A DNA stretch of 53,829 bases from an uncultured bacterium (GCA_949297275.1 CASFQR010000004.1:1-53829); one strand, 5' to 3'. Counted from the stretch's first letter, positions 1-10,680 are shown. A program made the numbers and translations. Notes: generated from the sequence alone by a model not told the origin.

Positions 1-44
1 CCCATTTACAAATTTTTATTCAGAAATAACGGTTCGTTAAATAA

Positions 45-68
45 AAAAAAGACCTTTCGGTCTTTTTT
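45..68 (-). terminator. Rho-independent (bidirectional-looking) terminator downstream of the 83..1996 gene
   Basis: aaaaaagacc-tttc-ggtctttttt forms a perfect 10-bp stem with a 4-nt loop. It is flanked by an A-run and a T-run and lies 15 nt past the stop codon at 83-85. Confidence 0.7.
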
Positions 69-82
69 AAATATACTTTTTA

Positions 83-1996
83 TTACTTGATTCCGAATGT
101 TTTTTTGCTTTCTTTAATTACCTGATTTTTAACGCTTTCGTTATAGGTTATCATACTTTCGATAGCCTGACCGCTCAGAAAATCGTTTTGGAAATCGTAA
201 TAATACTGTGTTTCGTAATCGGTGGTGATTTTTTCCTTGATTTTTTCCTTTACCGAATTATCTTCGTAATAATCCTGCCCTTCGGGAACGGAACCGTAAT
301 CGGTTGCAAGAGCTGTAACTATCATAATATGGATACCGTATTCGGTTACGCAGTAAGCAATAGTTTTTCCGGTTGCGGCGTCGCTGTAAATATAACTACC
401 TTTCAAACCGTCAACTACCGTCTGATCCAAGGTATAGGTACCCTTGCCTTGATTTACGAGAGCCCTTCCTAAATCGGTAAATTCTTCGACATAACTTGAA
501 GTGCTACCTTCGGGAACGATAAGATAATTATTGAGAGTATCGTCGTCTGCGAACATTCCGGTATCGTCGCTTACAAGATAAATCCATTTTTCCATTACTT
601 CTATTGTTTCGTCAACCGAACTTACAAGACTTAAATCTTTGGAAATCAAAGCCATAATTTTTTCTGCGGAAAATTTCATATCGCTTTCGAATGTTCCGTT
701 ATTAATGGATTCGATAATCTCTTCTTCGGTTTTACCATCTAGGTCGTCCGGATAATAAGTAAGGTCGCCTACGGTTATTTTCCATACATAAGGAGAAAGC
801 TCGCATTCGCTGTCGGCGCAAACATGGTATTTGCAAGAAGCTTTGCTTCCCGTATGGGTATGAGCGGAAAGGCAGTCGTGTTTTTCACTGCTTTCGGCGT
901 TGTAATTCAAATTAGAAACAGGAACGGAAATTCTGTCCGCAAGGCTTTTTCTAAAAAGGGTAAGAGCTGCCGGATTGTTAACGCCTGTGCTTTCGAAATT
1001 TTCAAGTTCTGCTGTCAGTTCGTCGTCGAATTTCAAAAGGATATTTTTAACATAGCCGTACATTAAAATGTTTTCACCTTCATCTCTGTAAATAGGATGA
1101 TAAGCGATATTTTCTTCATTGGTCAAAGCCGTTTCGTAATCGGATTTGCTTGTAAAAGTGATTTTATTTTTCAGAATAAGTTCCTGATATTCGGTATTAA
1201 CGATGTCGTCGAGTTCCCCTGTCGCCGAAATATAATCCTTATAATTATCGAGAAGAATTTGTTCTACTTCGCTTTTAAGATAATAATCGTAACTTAAATA
1301 ATTGCTTTCGAGATTGCTCATAAGCTTGTTATAAGCTCTTTCTTGAAGCTTTGTTTTATTTTCCCAATTTGAAGAATCGGTAAAATATTTGGGCATATTT
1401 TGAGCGGGTGCGTTCGGGTCGAAATCTTCTTCGTCTTCGGGGGGAACGGGTCTGAATTCTATCTCGTCTTCCGTTTCGGAAGTACTGTCGTCATCGTTTG
1501 AAACCGATCCGCCGCTGTTTAATATCTCGTCTTTTTCAAGTTCATCATAAATCTCGTCGTAAGCGGTTTGAAGGGTTTCGTTAGCCCCTTCGATTGCTTT
1601 TTTAAGTTCTGCGGGCGTAATTAATTTGTTATAGATTATATCGTTTGACAAAGCTGTTTTGTCTATCTTGTCGTCGTGTGTCTTGTTATATTCTTCGACA
1701 TAGTACTCTTCGGCTTTCAGAATAAGAAGCTTTCTTTGAGCAAGACTTTCAACCATAAGGTCGACAGTTTCTTCTACGGAATAGCCGTACTGACTCACAT
1801 AAGCATAGCCGGTCGAATTCATTAAAGCCGCAACTTCGCCTTTTTTAACATATTCAATCATTCCGTTATAATTAATAGTTGCAAGAATCTGATTGTAATC
1901 CACTTCGGCATTAAGAACAAAAAGGGTTCCGCAGCCGCAGAGAAGAGAAAGGCTTATCGCAACAACTAAAATAACAGAAATTAACTTTCTTTTCAT
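83..1996 (-). CDS. PrsA/SurA-like peptidyl-prolyl isomerase/foldase lipoprotein (637 aa)
   Basis: Signal peptide with a lipobox-like LLCGC. SurA-N-like chaperone region (VDLMVESLAQRKLLILKAEEY). Acidic linker. C-terminal parvulin-like YCVTEYGIHIMIV. Its position downstream of mfd is typical of Clostridia. Confidence 0.6.
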   Translation of the reverse strand: MKRKLISVILVVAISLSLLCGCGTLFVLNAEVDYNQILATINYNGMIEYVKKGEVAALMNSTGYAYVSQYGYSVEETVDLMVESLAQRKLLILKAEEYYVEEYNKTHDDKIDKTALSNDIIYNKLITPAELKKAIEGANETLQTAYDEIYDELEKDEILNSGGSVSNDDDSTSETEDEIEFRPVPPEDEEDFDPNAPAQNMPKYFTDSSNWENKTKLQERAYNKLMSNLESNYLSYDYYLKSEVEQILLDNYKDYISATGELDDIVNTEYQELILKNKITFTSKSDYETALTNEENIAYHPIYRDEGENILMYGYVKNILLKFDDELTAELENFESTGVNNPAALTLFRKSLADRISVPVSNLNYNAESSEKHDCLSAHTHTGSKASCKYHVCADSECELSPYVWKITVGDLTYYPDDLDGKTEEEIIESINNGTFESDMKFSAEKIMALISKDLSLVSSVDETIEVMEKWIYLVSDDTGMFADDDTLNNYLIVPEGSTSSYVEEFTDLGRALVNQGKGTYTLDQTVVDGLKGSYIYSDAATGKTIAYCVTEYGIHIMIVTALATDYGSVPEGQDYYEDNSVKEKIKEKITTDYETQYYYDFQNDFLSGQAIESMITYNESVKNQVIKESKKTFGIK

Positions 1997-2185
1997 ATAA
2001 TCTCCTTAATCAAAATCCGATATGTAGATATTATAACCAATTTTAATTTTAAAAGCAATTAATAATTATATATAAAGTATATAAAATTTATCCTTACAAA
2101 TCAATTAAAATTGTTTGATATAATAATTTTATTTACAGTTTTTTTTATTAAATAACCGAAAGAAAAAAATAAAAATATTTTAAAA

Positions 2186-5100
2186 TTACGATATTTTTAT
2201 AAGAAAATCCAAGACTGCGTCGGTTTTATCAAAAACCGAACGGATATTTTCAAAACTTGCGCAAACGGGAATGTTCGTATTCAGTCTTATGTTTTTGGCG
2301 TCGCTTACCGCTTCTATTATTTTTCGGTCTTTGAAAACATCGGCTGAAACAAAATACAGTTCGGCACGGTTTTCGTCTATAACTATTCTGCTTATGTTTT
2401 TTGACGAAGCGAGATTTTTAATAAGACATATTTTTAAAAGGTTTACCGTTGCGGCTTTGGGTTTTCCGTACAGTTCGGTAAGTTCGAGAATTAGATTTTC
2501 AAGTTCTTCTTTATTCGATAACGAAGCTGCCTTTTTGTAATATTTGAGTTTTTCCGATTCGTTTTCGATATACGAAGAGTCAATATAAGCGTCCTGATTT
2601 ACGAATAACTCGGTATCGGTTTCTTTTACTTCCTCTCTTCCTTCCGCATAGCTTACGGCTTCTGCAAGAAGTTTGCAATAAAGTTCGTAACCTACTTCGG
2701 CAATATGGCCGCTTTGTTCCCTTCCCAAAAGTTCCCCCGCTCCTCTAATTTCCAAATCCGCCATTGCGATTTTCATACCGCTTCCCAGTTCCGTATTCTG
2801 AACAAGGGCTTTCAGTCTGCTCTCTCCTTCCTTGGTAAGGGGTTTTCCTTTTTCAACTGTAAAATAGGCTTTTGCAAGTCTTGAAGACCTTCCGACTCTT
2901 CCTCTCAGCTGATAAAGAGAGTTAAGTCCCAACCTGTCGGCGTCTATTACAATAAGGGTATTTGCGTCGGGTAAATCTATTCCGTTTTCTATAATTGTGG
3001 TGGTAACAAGGATATTCCCTTCTTTTTCGTAAAATGCGTTGATTCTCGTATCGAGTTCTTCCGGGGAAAGTCTGCCGTGGGTTACGATTATTTTGGCGTT
3101 TTTAACAAGTTCCGAAATATGACGGGCAAAATCTTCTATACCTTTTACACGGTTATAGAGAATAAATACCTGTCCTTCTCTTGCAATTTCTCTTTCTATT
3201 GCGTCCTTTACGAGAGCGTCGGAATATTCGGTGACATAGGTATCGATAGGCAATCTGTTTTTGGGGGAAGTTTCGAGAATACTTATATCCCTTATACCGC
3301 AAAGCGCCATATTCAAAGTTCTGGGTATAGGGGTTGCCGACATAGTAAGAACATTCAGGTCGTTTTTAAGTTCTTTTATTTTTTCTTTATGTTCGACGCC
3401 GAACCTTTGTTCTTCGTCGAGAACAAGAAGTCCCAAATCTTTAAACACAACATCGGGTGACAGCATTCTGTGGGTTGCGACAAGCACATCGATTGAGCCG
3501 TTTTCGAGATTTTTAAGGGTTTTTTTGATTTCCGCAGGCTTTTGCAGTCTTGTAAGCATTGCGGCTTTCACTCCGAATTTTTCCATTCTCTTTATAACGG
3601 TATTATAATGCTGCTTGGCAAGTATGGTTGTAGGCGAAAGTATTGCAGCCTGCTTAGAAGAAGTTACGGTTTTGAAAACCGCCCTTAAAGCAACTTCGGT
3701 TTTACCGTACCCTACATCTCCGCAAATGAGCCTGTCCATAACCTTGCCTTTTTCCATATCCGATTTAACATCTTCTATTGCCTGCAACTGGTCGGGCGTT
3801 TCGGTATATTCGAAATCGTCTTCAAACTGTTTTTGAAGAAAATCGTCCCCGGGATAGATAAAGCCTTTCGCCTTTTCTCTTTTTGCGTAAAGTTCCAAAA
3901 GATTGACAGCCATTTTTTTGACGCTTTCCTTAACTCTTTCCTTCACCTTCTCAAAACTTTTTGTTCCGATTTTCGAAAGTGCGGGAGCGGTATCGGCGCC
4001 CGAATAACGGCTGAGTCTCGTCATCTGGTCTACAGGAATATATAAAACATCGCCGCCGTAATATTCGACGGTTATATAATCTCTTTTTATTCCGTCGGTT
4101 ATCATATCGCAAAAGCCTGTGCATTTTCCTATACCGTGAACTTCGTGAACTACGAAATCGCCTATTTTCGGCATTTCCGAAAGTCCTGTTTTCCGTCTTG
4201 CGATACTCTGTTTTTTTCTGACAAGTTCGCTTTTGCCTATTACTGCGATTTTTGCGATAGGGTCTATGAATCCTTTTTCTACCGAAGCGTCGGAACATAC
4301 GGAATTCGAAAATCCCTCTTTTTTAATATTTTCAAAAGATTGAAAAGACAAGCTTATTCCTTCTTTTAGAAATGCGCTTTGAGAAGACAGCGCTCTGTCT
4401 TTATCGCCGAAACAGAGAACAATATCGTAGCCGTCGTTTTGAAATTTCAAAATATCTTTAACCAGCAGATTGTAATCCAAAAAATACGAAGGAACGGACG
4501 GTGAATTTAATTTTAATATATTTTTGTCTTCGGTCTCGGTAGCGAAATCGATAACTGAAAAATCTTTTAATTTTTTTTCTATGCAAGAAAAATCGATAAC
4601 TGCTTCGCTGTGTTCCTTTAAAGTTTCGCCCGACAAAAAAAGTTCTTTTGTTCTTTGACTGTTTTCCCTGTCGCAGACGATACCCTTTTCCTTAATGGAT
4701 TTAAAACCGTCGAAAAAGACGGGTGCCGACTTTAAATAGGAAAATATATCGGTTTTTGTTTCGGAAAAAGGCAAAGCCCATAAAAGAGAAGTATCGTAAT
4801 TTTTGTTTTTCAGTTTTTCTATGATTTCCGAAACTATATCTTCCGCTCTTTGACGGGCTTCTCTTGTCATTGTTTTGTTCTGTAAAATAAAAGCGTCGCT
4901 GAGTTTTTTTATGTTTATACTTGAATAGTCGTATTCGTATGCAGGCGAAATTTTTGCCGAATTCAAAGACTGGATAGAAAGTCCGCTTTCCGGACTGAAA
5001 GAACGGATTTTTTCCACAGTATCGTCTTCGAAGACAATTCTTACCGGTAAAGCCTGTCCCAAAGGGTAAATATCCACTATACCGCCCCGAACCGAAAATG

Positions 5101-5575
5101 TTCCTATTTCCCTTTCCCCTCTCTTGTATCCGAGTTTGACGAGTTTTGCTATAAGCTCGTCGACGCTTAAATTTTCGGAAAGGAAAAATTCTTCATAGTT
5201 CAAAAAATATTCCGGTCTTTCGTAATACTGTTTAAGCGCCTCTACGCTTATAACAGCTTTTTTAAGTCCGCAAGCTATATCGGTCAGAGCTTCCACTCTT
5301 TTGGAAATTCTCTCTAAGCCTAAATCTTCTTTATAAATAAGGCTGTCCGCCCGTGAAGTAAGTACCCTTACATCTGTACCGTAACTTCTTATAAGTTCGG
5401 CGTAGTATTCCGCTTCCGCATCGTCTCTTGTGACGAACAAAAACTCGTCAAGTAAACTCAGCGCAAGACATTTGAGTCCCGTACTTAAACCGAAAACGGC
5501 TGTGGTTTTATTGCCAAGCCGCTCGAAAAGTTCTTTAAGTATTCCGTTTTTTGCGATATCGGAAATTTTCTTCAA
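2186..5575 (-). CDS. mfd: Transcription-repair coupling factor Mfd (1129 aa, TTG start)
   Basis: CarD/RNAP-interaction segment DFVVHEVHGIGKC. Helicase Walker A GDVGYGKTEVA, DEEQRFG box, and motif VI QLRGRVGRS. pth-mfd synteny. Confidence 0.95.
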   Translation of the reverse strand: MKKISDIAKNGILKELFERLGNKTTAVFGLSTGLKCLALSLLDEFLFVTRDDAEAEYYAELIRSYGTDVRVLTSRADSLIYKEDLGLERISKRVEALTDIACGLKKAVISVEALKQYYERPEYFLNYEEFFLSENLSVDELIAKLVKLGYKRGEREIGTFSVRGGIVDIYPLGQALPVRIVFEDDTVEKIRSFSPESGLSIQSLNSAKISPAYEYDYSSINIKKLSDAFILQNKTMTREARQRAEDIVSEIIEKLKNKNYDTSLLWALPFSETKTDIFSYLKSAPVFFDGFKSIKEKGIVCDRENSQRTKELFLSGETLKEHSEAVIDFSCIEKKLKDFSVIDFATETEDKNILKLNSPSVPSYFLDYNLLVKDILKFQNDGYDIVLCFGDKDRALSSQSAFLKEGISLSFQSFENIKKEGFSNSVCSDASVEKGFIDPIAKIAVIGKSELVRKKQSIARRKTGLSEMPKIGDFVVHEVHGIGKCTGFCDMITDGIKRDYITVEYYGGDVLYIPVDQMTRLSRYSGADTAPALSKIGTKSFEKVKERVKESVKKMAVNLLELYAKREKAKGFIYPGDDFLQKQFEDDFEYTETPDQLQAIEDVKSDMEKGKVMDRLICGDVGYGKTEVALRAVFKTVTSSKQAAILSPTTILAKQHYNTVIKRMEKFGVKAAMLTRLQKPAEIKKTLKNLENGSIDVLVATHRMLSPDVVFKDLGLLVLDEEQRFGVEHKEKIKELKNDLNVLTMSATPIPRTLNMALCGIRDISILETSPKNRLPIDTYVTEYSDALVKDAIEREIAREGQVFILYNRVKGIEDFARHISELVKNAKIIVTHGRLSPEELDTRINAFYEKEGNILVTTTIIENGIDLPDANTLIVIDADRLGLNSLYQLRGRVGRSSRLAKAYFTVEKGKPLTKEGESRLKALVQNTELGSGMKIAMADLEIRGAGELLGREQSGHIAEVGYELYCKLLAEAVSYAEGREEVKETDTELFVNQDAYIDSSYIENESEKLKYYKKAASLSNKEELENLILELTELYGKPKAATVNLLKICLIKNLASSKNISRIVIDENRAELYFVSADVFKDRKIIEAVSDAKNIRLNTNIPVCASFENIRSVFDKTDAVLDFLIKIS

Positions 5576-5581
5576 TATATA

Positions 5582-6151
5582 CTACCTGCTTTTTTTATTG
5601 TACTTTTGCATTAATTTTTCGAAATCTCTGTTTTCGATATATTCGAAAGCGGCTTCCGACGCCGTTATGCACCCTTTTAAAAACAATTCTCCTTCTTCCC
5701 CTTTTAAAGGTGAAAGGACATAGTTTTTAAGACTTTCTACGCAAGGCTTTCCTGCGCCGATTCTTATTCTCTTAATGTTTTCCGAAGAAAGTTCAAAAAC
5801 GATATTTCTCATTCCGTTATGGGTTCCCGCACTTCCCTTTTCCCTTAACCTTATACTGCATAACGGAAGGTCTATATCGTCGTAAATTACTAACAGTTCT
5901 TCGTTTTTTGCGCCGAACTTGTTTTTAAGTTCCCTTAAACTTATTCCTGAAAGGTTCATATAAGTCTGCGGTTTTGCAAGTACCGTTTTTTCGCCGTTAA
6001 TATAAGTTACCGTATAAAGCGCGCTGCAACCTTTTTTGTCGAAACGGACATTCAGCTTGTCCGCTAAATTATCTATTGCCGTAAAGCCTGCGTTATGAAC
6101 GGTTTTTTCGTATTCTCTGCCGATATTTCCGAGTCCTGAAATTATTAACAT
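5582..6151 (-). CDS. pth: Peptidyl-tRNA hydrolase
   Basis: 189 aa. N-terminal LIISGLGNIGREYEKTVHNAGF and internal GSAGTHNGMRNI are hallmark Pth motifs. ATGA start/stop overlap with glmU. Confidence 0.93.
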   Translation of the reverse strand: MLIISGLGNIGREYEKTVHNAGFTAIDNLADKLNVRFDKKGCSALYTVTYINGEKTVLAKPQTYMNLSGISLRELKNKFGAKNEELLVIYDDIDLPLCSIRLREKGSAGTHNGMRNIVFELSSENIKRIRIGAGKPCVESLKNYVLSPLKGEEGELFLKGCITASEAAFEYIENRDFEKLMQKYNKKSR

Positions 6152-6960
6152 CAGTTCTCCTTCTTCTGTCTTTTCCAGTTGGTTTTAACTACCTGTCTTT
6201 CTCTTGCAATGCAAAGAACATCGCCCGGAACATCGTCGGTAACCGTACTTCCCGCAGCGATATATGCGTTGTCGCCTACCGTAATCGGAGCGATCAGATT
6301 GGAATTGCTTCCTATAAAGACATTCTTGCCGACTGTAGTATGTTGTTTGATAACTCCGTTATAATTTACGAAAATGGAACCGCAGCCGACATTGGTTTCT
6401 TCCCCTACCGACGCATCGCCTATGTAAGCAAGGTGTGCGGCTTTGACTCCCTTTTCGAGAGTGGAATTTTTTATTTCCACAAAATCGCCTATGCGACATT
6501 CGTCTTTTATTACGCTTTTGTTTCTGAAATATGCAAAAGGTCCTACACGGCAGGAATTTCCCACCTCGCTGTCTTCTATACGGGACATAATAACTGTGGA
6601 ATTTTTGCCTATTTTCGAATCCCTTATGTAACAGCCGCTTTCGATATTCGTTCCCGAACCTATTGTCGTTCTTCCGTATATCGTGACGTTAGGATAAATC
6701 TTTGCACCCTTTTCTATAACGACATCGTCGCCTATATAAGTGTTGGACGAATCTATGATAATCGCTCCGTTTTGAAGCGCCTTTTTTATGTTTCTTTTTG
6801 AAATACCCTTATAAACCTTTTCAACCGTTAAGTTGTCTTCTACCGAAACGGTCTCTTCGTTTTCGAAAGACAGTGCCGATTTTACGTCTTCTCCGTATAT
6901 TCCGCGCATTACTATGTTTCCTTTTCCGAAACGCACGGACGCCGCTCCGTTCTCTTCCAT
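6151..6960 (-). CDS. glmU: GlmU C-terminal part only (left-handed beta-helix acetyltransferase domain), 5'-truncated at the junction
   Basis: Hexapeptide-repeat region ([37 protein letters not shown]...) and C-terminal [29 protein letters not shown]. Roughly 175-190 N-terminal residues (the uridyltransferase domain) are absent, because gyrB sequence occupies that space. Confidence 0.85.
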   Translation of the reverse strand: MEENGAASVRFGKGNIVMRGIYGEDVKSALSFENEETVSVEDNLTVEKVYKGISKRNIKKALQNGAIIIDSSNTYIGDDVVIEKGAKIYPNVTIYGRTTIGSGTNIESGCYIRDSKIGKNSTVIMSRIEDSEVGNSCRVGPFAYFRNKSVIKDECRIGDFVEIKNSTLEKGVKAAHLAYIGDASVGEETNVGCGSIFVNYNGVIKQHTTVGKNVFIGSNSNLIAPITVGDNAYIAAGSTVTDDVPGDVLCIARERQVVKTNWKRQKKEN

Positions 6961-7045
6961 AAATCTGACTGCGTCAAAAACCGTCTTTTCGTTCTGTAAT
7001 AATATTAATACCCACGAAGGTGGAACGCACGAAGAAGGCTTTAGG
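6960..7045. other. Breakpoint between two compositionally different blocks (glmU' / 'gyrB)
   Basis: Two truncated essential genes meet head-to-head with no promoter region, repeat or mobile element. Codon preference switches from CTT-Leu/TTC/TAC on the left to TTA-Leu/TTT/TAT on the right. Confidence 0.75.
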
Positions 7046-8092
7046 ATGGCGATTCAACGCGTAGTTAATAATTATGCTTTAGAGAAAAAATACCTTAAAG
7101 AAGGCGAAGAAAAATATACCGTTGATGACATTCAAGAAGGGATGGTTGCAATTATTTCAATTAAGCACCCAAACCCACAATATGAAGGCCAAACCAAGAC
7201 CAAATTAGGTAATACCGAAGTTCGTAAGATTGTTTCGCAAGTAGTGGGGGAAGCGCTCAAACGTTTCTTCTATGAAAATCCAAAAGTTGCTAATTTAATA
7301 TTAGACAAGATATCAATGGCGTCTAAAGCTCGAATGGCCGCTAGGACAGCCCAAGAAAATGTTCGCCGAAAAAGCGGTTTAGAATTTACTACCTTACCTG
7401 GAAAATTAGCTGATTGTTCTTCAAAGAATCCAGCTGAATGTGAATTATATATTGTTGAAGGTGATTCCGCTGGTGGTTCAGCTAAGAGCGGTCGTGACCG
7501 CGATACGCAAGCTGTTTTACCGCTTAGAGGTAAGATTTTGAACGTTGAAAAAGCTCGCCATGAAAAAGTTTTTGATAACGCTGAAATAGGCAATATGATT
7601 GTCGCTATTGGCGGTGGTGTTGATCCTGAATTTGATGTTTCAAAAATCCGTTATCATAAAATTGTTATCATGACCGATGCTGATGTTGATGGTAGTCATA
7701 TTCGCATTTTATTATTAACATTCTTCTATCGTTATATGCGCGATTTAATTACGCATGGTTATGTTTATATTGCTCAACCTCCGCTATACAAAGTGGAATT
7801 AAAAGGCAAGGCGTATTATGCCTATAATGACGAACAATTAGAAGTACTTAAAAAACAATTAGAACTTAAACCAGGTTATCCTTTCCAACGCTATAAAGGT
7901 TTAGGTGAAATGAATGATGTTCAACTTTGGGATACAACCTTAAATCCTAAAACAAGAAAAATGTTGAGGGTCACTTTAAGCGATGCGATTGAAGCCGAAC
8001 AAGTCTTTACAGATTTAATGGGTGATGAAGTTCAACCTAGAAAAGACTTCATTTATAAAAACGCGAAGTTTGTTAAGAACTTAGATATTTAA
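6980..8092 (+). CDS. gyrB: DNA gyrase subunit B, C-terminal ~370 aa only (Toprim and tail), with the ATPase/GHKL half missing
   Basis: [61 protein letters not shown]. The in-frame stretch 6833-6979 of the supplied ORF is antisense glmU sequence, not gyrB. Confidence 0.93.
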   Translation, partial: TVFSFCNNINTHEGGTHEEGFRMAIQRVVNNYALEKKYLKEGEEKYTVDDIQEGMVAIISIKHPNPQYEGQTKTKLGNTEVRKIVSQVVGEALKRFFYENPKVANLILDKISMASKARMAARTAQENVRRKSGLEFTTLPGKLADCSSKNPAECELYIVEGDSAGGSAKSGRDRDTQAVLPLRGKILNVEKARHEKVFDNAEIGNMIVAIGGGVDPEFDVSKIRYHKIVIMTDADVDGSHIRILLLTFFYRYMRDLITHGYVYIAQPPLYKVELKGKAYYAYNDEQLEVLKKQLELKPGYPFQRYKGLGEMNDVQLWDTTLNPKTRKMLRVTLSDAIEAEQVFTDLMGDEVQPRKDFIYKNAKFVKNLDI

Positions 8093-8110
8093 TAGAAGGA
8101 GGTATTAACA

Positions 8111-10678
8111 ATGGACGAAAACAAGAAAAATAATGAAGAATTAACGGAAAAAGATAAAGAATTGCAAGAAATTGAAGATGGTATCGTTCCTGGATTAAGC
8201 GATGCAGATTTAGCTAATGAAGTTCGCTCCTCTTTCTTAGATTATGCGATGTCAGTTATTGTTTCACGCGCGATTCCTGATGTAAGAGATGGTTGTAAAC
8301 CAGTTCACCGCCGCGTAATTTATGGGATGTATGAATCTGGAACGACTCCTGACCAAAAACACCGCAAATGTGCCAGAATTGTTGGTGATGTTATGGGTAA
8401 ATATCACCCACATGGTGATGCTGCGATCTATTCAACGCTAGTTAGAATGGCTCAACCATTTTCGATGCGATATTGTTTAGTTGATGGTCAAGGTAATTTT
8501 GGGTCGGTTGATGGCGATAGTCCGGCAGCGATGCGTTATACCGAAGCAAGAATGACACGTCTAGCTATGGAAATGGTTCGCGATATTAAATGTGACACTG
8601 TCGATTTTACTGATAACTATGATGGTACCGAAAGAGAACCAATTGTTCTACCATCGCGTTTTCCAAATTTATTAGTTAATGGTAGCAACGGTATTGCTGT
8701 TGGGATGGCAACATCAATTCCTCCCCATAATCTTTCTGAAACAATCGATGCCGTCATTGCTTTGGCTCATAATCCCGATATCACTCCTCTAGAATTAATG
8801 CAAAAATATATCTTTGGTCCAGACTTTCCAACCGGAGCAATTATTTTAGGAAGAGAAGGAATTAAGAATGCTTTTGAAACCGGGATGGGAAATATTTCAA
8901 TTCGTTCACGAGCGGAAATCCATGAAAATGAACATACTGGTAAAAAGCAAATTATTGTTACCGAAATTCCTTATCAAGTGAATAAAGCTACGATGATTGA
9001 AAACATTGCTCACCTGGTCCATGATAAGGTTATCGATGGTATTACTGATATCCGTGATGAATCGTCAAATAAAGGCATTAGAGTTGTCATTGATGTTCGT
9101 CGCGATGCAATTCCAGAAGTTATCTTAAATCAATTATATAAAAACACCCAATTACAAACCTCGATTGGTATTATTATGCTTTGCCTAGTTGATGGTGCAC
9201 CTAAAATTTTACCAATCAACGAATTCTTAAAATATTATCTAGAATATCAAATCGAAATTATTCGTCGTCGTACAGTCTTCTTAAAGAGTAAAGATGAAGC
9301 GCGTCATCACATTGTCTTAGGTTTATTGAATGCAATTAAAAATATTGACGAAATTGTCGATATTATTAAAGCGAGCGATACACCAGAAGATGCGAGTCAA
9401 AATCTAAAAGAGCGCTTTGGCTTTACCGACGATCAAACCGAAGCCATTTTAGCGATGACACTTCGTCGTTTAACTGGTTTAGAAGAAGGTAAACTTGAAA
9501 ACGAAAAAGTTGAACTTGAAGCTAATATTGAAAAATATAATCATATTCTTTCTTCAAGAGATACCCTTATTGAAGTTGTCGTCGAAGAATTATTAGAAAT
9601 TAAGCGTAAATTTGGTGATGAACGCCGTACCGAAATTAGTGATTCCGGTTCAGAAATTAATGATGAATCTTTAATTCCTGTCGAACAAGTCGCTATTACC
9701 TTAACTAATAATAATTATATTAAACGCACACCGATTGATACCTTTAGAACTCAAAATCGTGGTGGTCGTGGTGTTAAAGGAATGTCGACTTATAGTGAAG
9801 ATGAAGTTGCGTTGATGATTAACACTAACACTCACACCGATATTTTATTCTTTACATCACTAGGAAAAGTATATCGCCTTCGCGGTTATATGGTTCCTGA
9901 AGGTAGTAGAATTGCTAAAGGTGTACCGATTCAACAATTAATAGATATCCAAAAAGGCGAAAAAGTTATGGCGATGATTAATCTAGACACTTACGATGAT
10001 AATTCCTATCTCTTCTTTATCACGCGTCAAGGTTTAGTTAAAAAGACCGCGATTGAAGAATTTGCCTCCATTCGCAAAAACGGTAAAATTGCTATTTCGT
10101 TAAAAGAAGATGATCAATTATTAGATGTTAAACACACGGATGGTAATTGCTTAATTTGCTTAGCAAGTAGCAAAGGCAAATTGGTCAAATTTAATGAGAG
10201 CGATGTTCGCGCGATGGGGCGAGGAGCAGCTGGTGTAAAAGGTATGAATGTCGATGGTTCATATCTAGTTGATGTTGCGACTTCTAATGAAGGTAAATAC
10301 ATTCTTGCTGTAACGCAAAAAGGATATGGCAAGATGTCGCCGATTGAAGATTACCGTTTAACTAAACGTGGCTCAAAGGGTGTTATTACTTTAAACGCGA
10401 CAGCTAAAAATGGTAAACTAGTCGCCTTAAAAGCCGTTAATGGCGATGAAGATTTAATGATAATTACATCCGCTGGTGTCATGATTAGAATCCCATTAGA
10501 GCAAGTTAAAATTGCAGGTAGAAATACGCAAGGAGTTAAAGTTATTCGCGTTGATGACAAACAACGCGTCTCTAGCGTCTCGGTTGTTGAACACGAAGAT
10601 AATATTGAAGAAAATAGCGAGAATTCTAGCGAAGAAAACCCTGCAAATAGTGAAGAAAACACCGCAAAAACTGAATAA
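8111..10678 (+). CDS. gyrA: DNA gyrase subunit A (855 aa)
   Basis: AGGAGG RBS at ~8096. YHPHGDAAIY (QRDR), active-site AAMRYTEARM, and C-terminal beta-pinwheel repeats with an acidic tail. Confidence 0.97.
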   Translation: MDENKKNNEELTEKDKELQEIEDGIVPGLSDADLANEVRSSFLDYAMSVIVSRAIPDVRDGCKPVHRRVIYGMYESGTTPDQKHRKCARIVGDVMGKYHPHGDAAIYSTLVRMAQPFSMRYCLVDGQGNFGSVDGDSPAAMRYTEARMTRLAMEMVRDIKCDTVDFTDNYDGTEREPIVLPSRFPNLLVNGSNGIAVGMATSIPPHNLSETIDAVIALAHNPDITPLELMQKYIFGPDFPTGAIILGREGIKNAFETGMGNISIRSRAEIHENEHTGKKQIIVTEIPYQVNKATMIENIAHLVHDKVIDGITDIRDESSNKGIRVVIDVRRDAIPEVILNQLYKNTQLQTSIGIIMLCLVDGAPKILPINEFLKYYLEYQIEIIRRRTVFLKSKDEARHHIVLGLLNAIKNIDEIVDIIKASDTPEDASQNLKERFGFTDDQTEAILAMTLRRLTGLEEGKLENEKVELEANIEKYNHILSSRDTLIEVVVEELLEIKRKFGDERRTEISDSGSEINDESLIPVEQVAITLTNNNYIKRTPIDTFRTQNRGGRGVKGMSTYSEDEVALMINTNTHTDILFFTSLGKVYRLRGYMVPEGSRIAKGVPIQQLIDIQKGEKVMAMINLDTYDDNSYLFFITRQGLVKKTAIEEFASIRKNGKIAISLKEDDQLLDVKHTDGNCLICLASSKGKLVKFNESDVRAMGRGAAGVKGMNVDGSYLVDVATSNEGKYILAVTQKGYGKMSPIEDYRLTKRGSKGVITLNATAKNGKLVALKAVNGDEDLMIITSAGVMIRIPLEQVKIAGRNTQGVKVIRVDDKQRVSSVSVVEHEDNIEENSENSSEENPANSEENTAKTE

Positions 10679-10680
10679 TT

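Noticed and set aside
188-1297. Plus-strand ORFs 188..472, 824..1066 and 1097..1297
   Set aside because: They lie entirely antisense to the well-supported 637-aa PrsA-like gene. Their composition is hydrophobic and low-complexity, typical of shadow frames, and they have no RBS.
3951-4298. Arg/Lys-rich 115-aa minus-strand ORF overlapping mfd in another frame (possible overprinted gene)
   Set aside because: The extreme R/K/N bias is what an off-frame reading of this codon composition produces. There is no start context and it interrupts nothing. It is treated as an artefact.
2271-5723. Plus-strand ORFs inside mfd/pth (2271..2540, 3077..3460, 3261..3608, 3615..3836, 3833..4045, 4136..4369, 5430..5723)
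   Set aside because: These are antisense shadow ORFs of mfd and pth, whose own frames carry unambiguous family motifs.
6179-6801. Plus-strand ORFs 6179..6364, 6340..6801 and 6443..6631
   Set aside because: They are antisense to the hexapeptide-repeat region of glmU. Repeat-driven shadow ORFs are common there.
6833-6979. N-terminal 49 codons of the supplied ORF 6833..8092 ([14 protein letters not shown]...)
   Set aside because: This stretch is the antisense strand of glmU that happens to be open and in frame with the gyrB fragment. It is not part of GyrB and not evidence of a functional fusion.
7270-7593. Minus-strand ORF within gyrB, and similar ones in gyrA (10114..10332, 10351..10662), the ATPase (15067..15396), psuG (16097..16411), metG, adhE and the hydrogenase (31057..31559)
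   Set aside because: All are embedded antisense or off-frame in genes with strong motif support. None has an RBS or a recognisable motif.
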